DNA of 64,000 nucleotides from Lytechinus pictus (taxonomy: Eukaryota), in NCBI RefSeq assembly GCF_037042905.1, contig NC_087260.1, positions 25,544,001 through 25,608,000 of the forward strand, given 5' to 3'. Below, one piece after another: positions 12,301 to 25,855 of this stretch. Below the pieces are notes generated by a model. It was not told the DNA's origin and did not search any database. It saw only the letters and a list, made by a program, of their open reading frames with translations. The position numbers and the translations under genes were made by a program. Position 1 is the first letter of the stretch; each line of letters starts with the position of its first letter.

Positions 12301-15300
12301 ATTTCATCAATGATGATGTCCCTCAATTCATACCAGGTCAATGCACACATAACATGAACTTTGACCCAGAAAGTAAATGTCAACTTGGGAATGTATACTA
12401 TTCATGTTCACACATGAAACAGGCCACTATAATGACTTTGCTATCCACCTAGGTTCGTTTGTTTTTCAATTACATAAATTTTGTGTCCGAATGTTTTCAT
12501 AATCATGTCATCATGTCATACTCGTGATTCGAAAGGCATTCAATTCTACATCCGATAAAAGTTACTTGAATGCAAGAATCTTCGAAAACAAATCTTGGGT
12601 TAAAAAGTGAATATGAACGCAACCCCAGTCATATCCAAGATATGAAAATGACATGGCATAATTGAGTTATACATGTTTTATCTTGCTTTTAATGAATTAA
12701 TTATCTATCGCTTCATCTAAATTCATCATGATTGTCCGTTTATATTTTTACACAAGAACCAATCAACTATATAATTTTCATATACATGTCATTTTTTTTA
12801 AATATATCTATGTTCTGATAAGAGAAATTCTGCCAGGCAAATGTGACTGTAATACTAGTCGTAGGAAACTGGTCGAGGCAGATGTGAAACTGGGGTAAGA
12901 GGATATATGATGTATGGTCCCCGTCACCTGAACAGATTATAAGGCATTCCAAGTATGTATCGTGGAATGTAGATACACCCAAAGGGGATGTATTGTACAA
13001 CCTCCCAATGGGGCTTCCCTATCATCCTGACCAGGGGGGTGTTCCATAAGCTATTTGTGAGTATGGAAAGCCAAGTGAGATACTTATTTCATATTAACAG
13101 GATAAGATTAGTCTGCAGGAACATACCCTTGGTTCGCGCATAATGCACATACCTGCCAACCTTTGATAATAAAAAATCAGTATCAAAGTCACGAGGGCGC
13201 CGAGCGGGTCGCGCGCGAGATGGTTTCCCCCTCCCATGGTAGGGACTCTGCATTTTCTGCATGTAAAAGTAGCATTTCCCTACCCTTTTTAAAGCAAATT
13301 TACCCTCTTAACCATACCACAGGATGACCTACATGTAACGTTAGTCTACTTATATGTAATATAATATCATTTATCAATCAAACATTAAAACAAGGGTCTT
13401 TAAGATATCACGTTTGTGACAAAAAAATACACCCAGTTTCATTCAGGTGTGATTTGTTTTCATTGAAATCTATATAGATTTAGGAATAATTTGATTTTGA
13501 GCATATTTTTGTAAGGCCCTCTATTGTTGGAAAGTTTCTGGAAAGATTCTCTTTTTAATCAGAAAAAAACTAATTTCAAGAATTCAATTGAGTTTTGGGC
13601 CAAGGGATATTTTGTATCATTAATTCAGATTCAAGTTGGCCTAGCCTACTGTATTAAAAACTGAGTGCAAAAAAATCTAACAAGTGATGGAATCACTTGA
13701 GTGACGCTGTCATCAACTCAACATCGACAAGCTCATTCAAGAAGGCCATTGACAGAGCTTTCTAATCCTCACCCCGCCCTCTCTCACCCGATGCGTTTAT
13801 GCCCAGGAGGGCCCTGCATCGTATACATCCAGATCCAGAACATTTATTTATCATTTATAATTATATCAAGTCTATCATATGCATCAAAATAAGCCAAACA
13901 TTGTCATCTTATTCATGTTTATATTTCACCACACAGGAGTAGTGACTGAGGACAAGGTTATATCATAACCTTTATTAGATAAGTGCTTGTTGGCATAAGA
14001 AAGCATATTTTCAGCCATGACAAAAACGGAGCCGAAGTAATACGGCGGAATACGCCCGACCCGCACCCACCACTGCACTTGCGGTGCGCCGATGAGACTG
14101 TGAGGCTGAGGCGCTGCAACTCGGGCGCCGGGAGTTTAGGCAAGCGAAGCAAGTAGATTTGGCGTTCGGCTCCGATGGATCAACTTGACTCGAAAGTTGA
14201 TAATTGCCGCTTTCTTTCTCACAAATTTGACAATTATTCGAAAAAATAAAGTACAGATCAATTTAACATTGCGTAGGGATAAACTTGAGTAACTGCGGCA
14301 GAGCCTCCCGATGTGCACGGCGCGGCCGATCGGCCGGGTAAGCAGGCGCCGGTAAGCAGACTCATCAATGATATTACCAGCACACTCTAGACACCAGTAC
14401 ACGACTCATTCACTAACTCATTCCACAATACAAAATCATCCGGCGAAAAGAGCAAAACCTCGAATAAAAAGTGAAATTATCTTACTAAATCACCATATTT
14501 CGCGTCAAAAATATCACCATCCTTACTTCTATACATCGTAGTTAGGAAACAAGGGGTCTAAAAAAGTGAATTTTTCACGGTTTTTCCGATGTTCGTGGAT
14601 TTTGAAAACGTGTCCTCACTGAAAACTGGCACTTTCGCGAGCTGATGTCAGCCGCCATTTTGTTCCGGAAGTCAACGCTAATATCGGCCGCGCCGCTGTG
14701 GCCGCTGCTCGTAATTTTCACATGCAATTGCAATGGAACTGTGCACTTAGCACTTAGCCGTGCGCCCCAGTTGTTTATGCGTTAGTCGTATGTTACAGCC
14801 GCTTATGCGTTAGTCGCATCATACAGCCGTTTCAATAATTTCAACACTATATTGATTGACCTAAAAATCGGAATTTTGGTTTAAAAATTCGGAATTCGGA
14901 ATGGAGGCTAAAAAATCGGTATAATTCCGCCAAAATCGGAATGGTTGGCAGGTATGAATGCATAATGCAGAGTCTGAAATAGGAGACTAGATTCGCCCAT
15001 GTACTGAGGCTGCTTCTACCGATTATTCGACAGAAAGTTTGGAGTTTAGTCTCAACTCAAGACATGCTACATATATACTGTTAAAGAGACAAACTTGAGT
15101 CTGTGGTTGCAGACTAGAATAAGATTCATAATAATGCCGCTAAAAGGATGTACAATCACAAATCACAATCCCCCAATGGAGATTCACTCTCTCACTAACA
15201 AGGGGGGGGGGGAGTGGGGTTCCATAAGCTTTTTATGAGTATGAAAGGACAAGCGGGACACTTACTATATTCTTAACCACAGGATAAGATTCAGATTGAT

Positions 15301-18300
15301 GTGGCCAGAGGGGACGTATTGAACAACATCCTATGGGACTTCACTATTCCATCATTTCATTCATTCTTATAACTGATTGCACACAGTGATCAATGCTATC
15401 AATCACAAAACCTGCCCAATGATCGATTGCTAAGTGTTGTGCTACAGGGCCAATATGCATTCTTAAAGGTCAAGTCCACCCCAGAATATTGTTGATTTGA
15501 ATTAATAGAGAAAAATGTGAGAAGCATAATTCTAAAAATTTCATCAAAATCGGATGTAGAATAAGAAAGTTATGGCATTTTAAAGTTTCCCTTATTTTTT
15601 TACAAAACAGTGATATGCACAACTCAGTGACATGCAGATGAGTCAGTCGATGATGTCCAGCACTATTTATTTTGTTTTTTATTGTTTGAATTATACAATA
15701 TTTCATTTTTTTTACAGATTTGACAATAAGGACCAACTTGACTGAACCATACAATGTAAAAAAAAAAAGAAGCTAATTCCACATGTTCAGGGAGGAATTA
15801 ATCGTTGTTTCACTTGACAGTGAGTGGAAAATTCGAATATTTCATATTTCATAAATAAAATACAAAAGAAATAGTGAGTAGATGACGTCATCAGTCTCCT
15901 CATTTGCATATCGACCAGGATGTGCATATAACTGTTTAGTGAAATTAAGCGAAACTTTAAAATGTCATAACTTTCTCATTTTACATCTGATTTTAATGAA
16001 ATTTTCAGTGTTATGCTTGTTGATTTTTTTCTCTTTTTATTCAAATCAACTATTTGTTGGGGTGGACTTGTCCTTTAAAAGAAACTACTTACAAATCCTT
16101 CGGGATGTAGCTTGATGAGGAACCTTTTCCTCTTGAAGCTGAGCTTGCGGATCTTAGCCCAGGAGAATGTGTTGATCTTTGTGTTGTTCTGGAAGACCAA
16201 GGTACCTTGATGGGATACAGCCAGATAGAGCTGGACGTTCTCATAGTCCTTGGCAGGATGAAGACGCACCCCGTACATCTCTAGTCTTCTTGCAACGTCC
16301 AGGAGATTGAAGTCTGCATCAGCCATTGTTTGACCGCTGGAGTGGGGATCAATTTTATTTCACATTGCATGTAACATCTCGATTGGAATTACTGCACTTA
16401 TATAATCATTTGTGAATGCAATGTGTTATCTTATCTACTATTTGTATTATATCACATTATGTTGCACCGAATGATTTTGGAAAAAAATAAAATCAAGTTA
16501 AACAAAATCAAATGTGTTAATTAGAACAGATCAGATAATTAAAAATATTAATTGACAGACAGAACACATCTAATAATTTTACACAGAATTCACACACTGC
16601 CTACATTGTAACTTGGAGCCCTTGACTTAAACAAAGGTTGCTGTGAAATCAAACAATTTTTTTCTGATACTCATAAAGTTAGTATATACTCAATGTAAAC
16701 TTTCACATTTTCATTGGTACACTTTAATGAACAAAAACAATTTGAACATAAAAACTTTCTTTCTAGCATTTCCTTCTTTTGATAATATTTCATCCTCAGA
16801 AAGCTTTCGTTGGTCACGTTTCATGAAGAATTGTTAAAATTAAAAAAAATGCTTAACATCAGCCAATCAGATAGAAGGGTTTCAGTAGCTTGTAACTGTT
16901 ATTGCAATTTTTTTTTTATAATTTCAAGTTTTAAGAAATTGGACCCTGGGCTCTGAAATCACTGAAGATATAAATTTCCAATGGTTTGAGAGGATTTAAA
17001 TTAATAAATTGACCAAAAAATAATTTTAAGGGAAACAAAAAATACAAAACATTGACTTCCCATCTTTTTTCAAGAATGGAGAATCAATGTGTAACTTACA
17101 TGTGGTTTTTGTGGTACTCCTGAATCTTAAGTTCCATTGGTCTTGATTGGTTGGGCACAAAACGGAAAGCTGTGATGTAACGACCATCGTCATGTTCCAT
17201 CGGACTGTAGTCCCCAACCTCGGCTGAAAAAGGAAGAGTGTATAAACCATTTCAAAAGCTAAACCAGGGACCGTTGATTTATGCTTTATAGCAGAAGAGT
17301 GATTTTGTAAGAGATTTTCTTTAAAGACAGTGGCGGAATTAGGCTGACCTAACTTTGAATTAAAAAGGTTTTTAAAGTATGAAGTTCAAATGCAAGAGGC
17401 CACAGGGGGAGGTTTCATGAAGTGACAAAATCACATTCAGCCAATCATATGCAAGTATTTCATTAACTAGAGACATTATTCAGTGAAAGCTACTGACCAA
17501 TCTGTTCATGTTTATGTCTCATTGTACAGTGATAAAAAAATCAGTTTATTTCATTCAAGTTCATTACAGCATTACCAGCAATTTCAGTATAGGCCTATCA
17601 GTATTTAAAAAGTATGCCATTTTGGATGGCTCTTGTTTTGTTTATCTTGAGAGTTCAATCTGGCAACTCCGAGAGTTGCCAACACTAAAATGCGTGCACT
17701 TGCCAAGATCTATTCCTTTGCATTTAGGGGCTTTGAACTCAATACAGAGTGAATCTTCCACCATTTAAATTTAGATATTCTTGATATAATTATACAGTAT
17801 ACCCTCTCAATAAAATAAGATCAGAAGAAACATATTGTGAAATTTCAGTTTGTAAATAAATTGGCCATTTGATCTATAATGAGAAACAGACAGGCCCAGA
17901 AGCATACATTTCATTTAATTTTAATGACAAATATTGTGGTATTAATTCTGTAGATATGAGAAGGAAATTATTCATCATTGAATGTAAGACTACATAATAA
18001 AATATTGCATCTTAGATAAGGATGCAAAGTCCCCATTTGAGATAGTTTAGGTCTTGTGATGGCGCTGTTTAGAGGAGCTGTGGCATAAAACTCAAAACTC
18101 ACCTTGTAAGATATATGAAGCCATGAGGGCTGCTGTGTTTTCTGAGCACGGTAATCTACCATTGGCTAGATCTTTCTTCACTTGTAAGGCAAACAAGTAT
18201 CTGTGCAATCAAAGAAAATATTATCATAAATGAAAAACAACAATGATGATGATGATGATAAGGAGGATGATAATGATTGGTAATGACAATGACGATGATG

Positions 18301-21300
18301 GTGGTGGTGGCAGTGGTCGTGTTTGTGATGATGGTGATGATAGTGATGATGATGATGATGGTAATGATAATGATGGTGATGATGACGGTGATGGTGATAA
18401 TAATGATGGTGACGATGAAAGTGAAGATGATGATGGTAATGGTGATGATTATGAGGATGATAATTCATAAAGATATTAATCAGTACTTGTAGGATGCATT
18501 TTGCCATTATTAATAATTTTGACTCATATCATATCCATATTTCATATTTTCAAAGTATGAAAATCAATGGAAAATCAATGATTGTTGCCAGTTTAAGGAG
18601 CGAAACAGATTAATCTTGAACTTACATATAAGTCTATGGGTTAAAGAAGAACTGATTGATATATCACTTACTTTGTGAATTAATCATTTTGACTCATATC
18701 ATATCCATATTTCATATTTTCAAAGTATGAAAATCAATGGAAAATCAATGATTGTTGCCAGTTTAAGGAGCGAAACAGATTAATCTTGAACTTACATATA
18801 AGTCTATGGGTTAAAGAAGAACTGATTGATATATCACTTACTTTGTGAATTCTTCATGCAGCTGACCTGGATCCGATAAGTAGAATTTGACTGAAAAGTG
18901 GAATAACGTCTTCTTAGGAGCTGAAAGATATAACAATAAGATAAAACATTAATAATAAATTGAAGTGATTATCAAATGTGACAAAGAGTTGAACAGAGTT
19001 CTGAGAGTGTAACAAAATCATTTCATATTGACTGAATCTGAAGAAAGTGACTGTGATGCTCGCCAGATAACAAACCTGTTGTGACAGATAATGAAATATG
19101 ACAAGCAGCTAATGCTATGGTCACAAATACCTTTACGAACAATTTTTATACATACAAATAAATGGTATAAACTCGTTTGTAGGTGTTTGTAAAAGCATTT
19201 AATAGCTATAGAGTACAGAATACTAATGCAATATTGGAGTACCAAATGTATCAAATAAATAATACTCTAAAATATTAAAAGCAACAACTAAAAACAAAAA
19301 GTTGTTAAATCATACAAGAGCTGGCAGTTACATGTATATTACATGTCAAAGTAATGTAGGGATACTAGGGCATCATGAATGCATCGTCTATTCATGGGAT
19401 GCAGGACCTGAATTACAGCATCTTCTACTATAAATGACTGTCTGAATGAAATTGAGATATGACTCTATTAGATGTAATATCAGACAGGCAGCAAAGCATG
19501 GTAAAATAGGGCATATGGACCATGTCTCACAAAGAGTTGCAATTGATCTGATTCATTACAACTATGAAAAGCCAGCAATGCCAAAATCTAGAATGCATGT
19601 CATTTTTAAGTGTTCTACATGTGTCTTGACAACTATGCTCCTCTTTATGCTCCTCTTTGTTCACAAAGAGACATTGTGTACACTTCCTTTATGAAGTATT
19701 ATGACATCAATGGATTTCCAGAGTTAGGATCGATCAGATCAATTTGTAAGACCCTGGGGCCCGTTGCAGAAAGAGTTGCAATCAATCGCAACTTGATTTT
19801 CAACCAATCAACAGCGCGCATTTGGGACTTGCCATTGATTTTTGACTTACGTTTAAACGCAACTCTTTCTGCAACGGACCCCTATTAGAGGATGAGTCAG
19901 AGTATTCATTCTGCAGAATGCCATTCACCGTGCTTAATGAAAGCGAGATTGCATGTGGTTTGATTTGGATTATAAGAAGTCATTTCTCGCTATCGATTGC
20001 GGGATTTTGGGGCTAAATTGCACATCTTCATATTAAAATGACCCAACATCAAAACAACTAAGCAGTAATGCTCCCAGACAGACTTCATTTTATGAGAACA
20101 CATCTTTGTACATAAAAAAAGGAATATTAATGAACAAAGCCATGGGTGAATGTAAAATGTATGAATAGCACATTTATAGCTCTTTTGGCATCACTGTAAG
20201 CCTCAATTACATAAGTTTAACTAACATTACATGAGTTCAACATTACTTCAATAGCTTCAAATGTTTATTTTGTATAAAAAATATTAAAACTAATCAATGT
20301 TCACTGAAGTATTATGTCTGATTACATGTATATAATTTTGGTTCAATATCACGAACATTGCAGTGTTGTAGTATTTTATTGCCCATGTCACATATGTAGT
20401 GATATATGATCTTTAAAACAGATTTGTAATGTTCATTGTAAGGTAACTGTTCTAATTTAAAAAAAAAATGAAATTACAAGCTAAAAATTTTAATGGGTAA
20501 AATATTTACAAATCAGAAGATTTTTCAGGAATAACGTTTTTTTCTGACAAATTATTACCAGAACAAACTTGTGTTATTCGAGCAGGGGGGAAAGAGGTGT
20601 TAATAAAGTCATCTCTCAAGATTTGAAATTATCCAAGATCTTGGTTTGTCTCTTGATGACCTTTAAACCAGGCAAGTTATGCATAATCATGTACCTATTC
20701 TAATTATAGCCTCCTTCCAAGCACCCACAGACAAAACAAATCCATTCCTGAAATTGGAGAGGTGAAAACTTTTGCCCGGTAACCACGATAAATAGACGGT
20801 TTGCTGGGTAACAATCTCGTCCCTTTCGGCCTGGATGTCGTTGATTAGGTTTAAGTGATGGCTAAACCCAGATCCTCTGTATATCCCTAGTCACTGCCGA
20901 TTTCCTGTTTTCTGATATAGGGCTGTATTGAAAACAAGCTAGGGAGTGTGTGCATACAAACATGGAAAGCTATATGTGGGACTCTGTGGATGTCATACAG
21001 GAAAAAAAATGATAATACGAGACTGTCTGTATGCAGCAACCTAAAGATATTTATCCCTCACATCTAAAGTATCTCTAAAAACCACCACCCAAAAAAAGGC
21101 ATGCACCCTTCTAAAATTTGGCAATGGTGATTAACGTTTCAATGATTTATTTTTTCTGAAGGCTATTGTTTTCAATTTATATGTCATTTATTCATATATT
21201 TTACAAATGTTATGTAGGTTACTTTTAAATGTCTTGTAAAATCACAACCCAAATTTCCTCATGGACATTTATTGATGCAAAAAGATTTGATGATCAAGCA

Positions 21301-24300
21301 CCAAAATTATAAAATTGTATCCTTTCCAACTTCTGTGGTTGGAGGCATCTTTGTTTGACTAATCAAATTAAACTTAAAAAAAAATTGTAAAATATTTTTG
21401 CACCCCCTGAAAGTAGAGAATGATGCATGCCCCTATTTCCCCTAGAAATACTACAGGGTAAAGTATGGGAAGCTGAAACAGAGGACTTTGACCTGCAAAT
21501 GACTCCATGTTCATTGAACTTCTGCCCCCCTCATTTCATAAAACTTGTTATTAAAACAAATTTGCAATAACAGTTTAAAGCTACTGAAATCCTTCATTTT
21601 GATTGGCTGATAGTGAACTTATAGAAATTATGAATTCGTTAATAACTGGTCATCATCACAAACGTATCACACAATACTGAAATGTCATTTTAACATTCAA
21701 ATCTTACAGTTTACTGATTTTCATTACTTGATTCCATTCAGAACGCTGCAAAAAATGATTGAAAAGAAAGCAGAAACTGGCTCAGAAAGGATACAATCCT
21801 TTGCTTTGTATGATTATTTGGGGTATGTTTTTTATTTTAATTCTTGCTTGAAAAGGCAGAAACTGGCTCAAATATGTTAAAAACATTTGCTTTTATATTT
21901 CTTTTGTATAAGTTTTTGTTTTGCTTTGAAAGGAAAGAATACACTGGCTCAGAAATGATACACAAATTTGCTTTGTTAAGGACAAATTCAAACATATCAA
22001 ATATATTTCCCTTCCTCTCTAATTAGCGAAAGGGAAATGAAGAGATAAGCAGGACCCCTAGCTAATTATAATGTTAGTCAAATACTTCCTGTTTTCAAAG
22101 AGCTCCTGTACTAAAGACGGGAGAACAAGTAATTTGGAAGTTTCCTACCTTCAAACCCTAAGTCTAGAACAAGGCAATATCCATATGCATTTGAATATAT
22201 CATTGATTGGATTTGTTCTATGCTTTTCTGATTTTATCAAATCTTATTATGTATACTGTCTTGAAAAGATGCCTGTGGGTTTGTTTTTTAACACCTGCAC
22301 CTGACTTTATTCCTGTTAGTGGGTGCGTCGTGGTCTAGTGGTTCTAACTCTCGCCTTTGAAACAGAGGGTCGCGGGTTCGAATAGTAGCCATGGCATGTT
22401 TTCCTTCAGCAAGAAATTTATCCACACTGTGCTGCACTCGACCCAGGTGAGGTAAATGGGTACCCGGCAGGATTCATTCCTTGCATACATTGAGAACTGA
22501 TGATGGTAGCTTGAGCAAAAGCAGGGGTAATAATAGCAGCGCTTTGTATCCTCTGGCAAAAAGCGCTTTATAAATCCAGCTATTATTATCATTATTATCA
22601 TTTATCATTTTTTTGTTCCTATATGTAGGCATATATGCATTTTATTTCATTTTTACATTTTATTTTGACTGCATGTTTATTCAATGTGTTATATGCTGAA
22701 TTTGGAGTTGAACTTGAATATCTCTTGACTATGCATGGAAACAATGGTTGGAAATTATGTTAATGCATTGATAAGACTCAATTGCATAATGAGGAAGAGT
22801 CCATTGATGAAATCACATGTAATAATAAATATACAATTATCAAAATTGATTTGAGAACACCATTTATCTAAACAACCCCATTGTTTATTCAAATCAATTA
22901 AAACAATACATTTTTTTACACAGTGGAGTAAAGCCATTACTTCAACCCATGGAATATGCACCCATCTCATCAATTTTCACTGCCAAAAATTATCTATGTA
23001 ATGACTCTGTAATATTTCTATGTTGGAAATGAATTGATAAAAATTTGGCATCGCTGAATCTGGCATATCTGCCAGTTATTCCATTCAAACGTGTCTACAA
23101 ATAAAATTAATATATCTGCAAGTTATTCCATTCAAACGTGTCTCCAAAAAAAAAATCATACACATGTATCTGCAAGTTATTCCATTCAAATGTGTCTAAA
23201 AAAAAAAAAATTCCTATAAAAACTGGTGACGTATTTTCCTGCACATGTAGGTCTAATCGATCATGTAAACCCTATCCACTTACGATGGATAATCCTAAAA
23301 GAAATCCGACTGACAACCCAAAGTCTACGCAAATGTCATGTCCAGGCATATAATCTCATGTAATAAGCTAGCTCTATAGAGGGATTTCAGAAAATGAAAT
23401 ATCATTGGTAGAGGTGAAATTGATTAGCAAAGAGCGTGAGTGATGATGGTGTGCATAGATTTGTGAAAACTACAATGCAATATGATAGAAGGCTATGGTC
23501 CACAATCATCATGATAAATTTAGAGTCAAGATTGAAATCATAGCAAATTTTAGTTTCAGGGAATAAAAAATTGATTTCAAATTATTTAGAAATTAAGCAG
23601 ACTGATTAATAGGGGTGGGGGGAATGCAATGCACTTTAATGTCTGGATGTTGAAAAACGACTGTACTATCTTCATATTGCCCAAAAGAAATATGTTACAA
23701 CGATAATTAATATTGAACTAAAAATTGGGAAAATTTGGTGTGTTTTTTTAAGTATAATTGTTAAAAAGAGAGAGAGACAAGTTTTGCAGTGAACTGAGTG
23801 TAAGATTCGGTTGAGGTTATAAAGTACAGAGGGGGGGGGGGGGGTGGCAAAGGAAGAGAAGATCAAGAGGAATACTGATAACAGGAAGAGCTTTTGGAGA
23901 ATTTTCACCTCAGATTCTGACTTCTTGAGATTACCATGACAACCAAGGTGAGCAAAAATGCTCTTTCATCGGTAAACTCTGTACTTATCATCAAACTAAT
24001 AGGAATAGTGTCTACATGAGGAACATTATACCTACATCAGGGAATAATTTTCCTGGTATCGCATCGCAATTTGCTCCACATTTTTGAAAGACTGCTATGC
24101 ATAAAGTCTTTGGTATAGCATATTTTTACATAGGACTGTACATGAATAGTTGAGAGCTTTTCTCTTATGACCAATAATGCTATTCAAATTTGTAAAGCAA
24201 AATTATTCACTGCTACATGTAGACATACATGCTGCAGACATATCAAAGTGATTTTAAAGAAGTTTGGGTATTGTCAGATACCAGTAGTAGAAAATTGATC

Positions 24301-25706
24301 AAATTTTCACCAGAAACTCATAATGTAAAATTGTACATTTGCCTTTTAGCTTACAACTGCCGTGGGATAACCACTTGATATTACAAGAGATTAGGATGTC
24401 CATAATAAAACCTGCATCAATTTATTCCACAATCTAATTCTGCCTCCTCATGAATTCAGTTATCGATTGCTTAATTTCTTTTATTCAAGTCAGTGCATTT
24501 GATGTAATTAAATCCAATTGGACGGACCAGTTGAGGTATTTAATGTCTGCCTTGAAAAAACACTGGAGGCTACATAAAAAAACGAAGGCTTATAGTTATT
24601 TGCTTTTATGTATGGTTGGCTTGCAGCAAATTGTTCTAAACTGGTGCATGATTTGATATACCAAAAATAAAGTTATCACACATCTTCAAGGAATATATGT
24701 TTAGAATAAAAACATTAATAATATACTGTGATATGATGTAATATGGTGATGACTATGAAGATGATGATTATAATAAATGCATATTATTAAGCCCTTGTAT
24801 CTATGCTTGAGGTACTGATATTCATTTTTACCCAGGCTGTAGCCATTTACATGTATAATCTACATGAAGGTGCACAAGCATATCTATGAGTGAATATTGT
24901 ATTTTCATATTTTTAAAGTCATATTAATAGGTCCTAATATACAACACATAGCTAGTGTTCTGATATGGAGTGTCTAGAGTCAGTTTCTGAGCTTATTTTG
25001 GTGACTCACATCCTACTATTTTCCTGTCCAGACGAAAACATTCTCACCCCTCCCTAACCTTAAACTTCCATTCAATATACCTTTCATTGATGTATAGCAA
25101 AAAGAATTTGTGATGAAATGGTTTAGACAGATAGACATACAGTTAGACAGTCAGATAGATGGCTATTTAGTTACAATAGAAAATTGGACAAAAAGATAGA
25201 TACTAAGGCCTACTACATGTAAATATACAGACAGGTAGACAAAGTACGTCATCATCATCATCATCATCATCACAATTGTTGTTGTCGTCGTCATCATCAC
25301 CATCGTCATCATCATCATCATCATCATTGTTGTTGTCGTCGTCATCACCATCGTTATCACCATCATCATCATCGTTAAAATCATCACCATAATTATCACC
25401 ACCACCATCATCATTATCCTCACCACCACCATCACCACCGCCAGTTACCATCACCATCATTATNNNNNNNNNNNNNNNNNNNNNNNNNNNNNNNNNNNNN
25501 NNNNNNNNNNNNNNNNNNNNNNNNNNNNNNNNNNNNNNNNNNNNNNNNNNNNNNNNNNNNNNNNNNNNNNNNNNNNNNNNNNNNNNNNNNNNNNNNNNNN
25601 NNNNNNNNNNNNNNNNNNNNNNNTATTATCACCACCACCACCTTCACCATCAATACCATAATCACTATCATCGTGTTTATCATTACATCATCACCACCAT
25701 CACCAC

Positions 25707-25739
<33 letters not shown>

Positions 25740-25819
25740 CATTATTATCACCACCACCACCTTCACCATCAATACCATAATCACTATCATTATCATCGTG
25801 TTTATCATTACATCATCAT

Positions 25820-25855
<36 letters not shown>

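Larger units (their letters stand above)
13148..14956. mobile_element. 1.8-kb non-autonomous hAT-like transposon with 6-bp TSD
   Basis: Perfect 14-bp TIR CATACCTGCCAACC. AATGCA duplicated on both sides. Subterminal AAAATCGG repeats. CpG-rich interior with no transposase ORF. Confidence 0.9.
13109..15116. mobile_element. TAGTCTGCA-terminated MITE with 9-bp TSD, interrupted by the hAT-like element
   Basis: TIR tagtctgca / tgcagacta. Flanks ggataagat (13100-13108) and gaataagat (15117-15125) match 8/9. Same terminal family as 50608-50885. Confidence 0.75.

Noticed and set aside
18178-18507. His-rich, Asp-rich and Met-rich ORFs (also 25163-25683)
   Set aside because: They are translations of (GAT/CAT)n microsatellites.
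22321-22392. tRNA genes (also 30296-30368, 49113-49185, 49990-50061)
   Set aside because: A and B boxes are present, but the sequences run on into SINE cores and tails and lack a clean acceptor stem.
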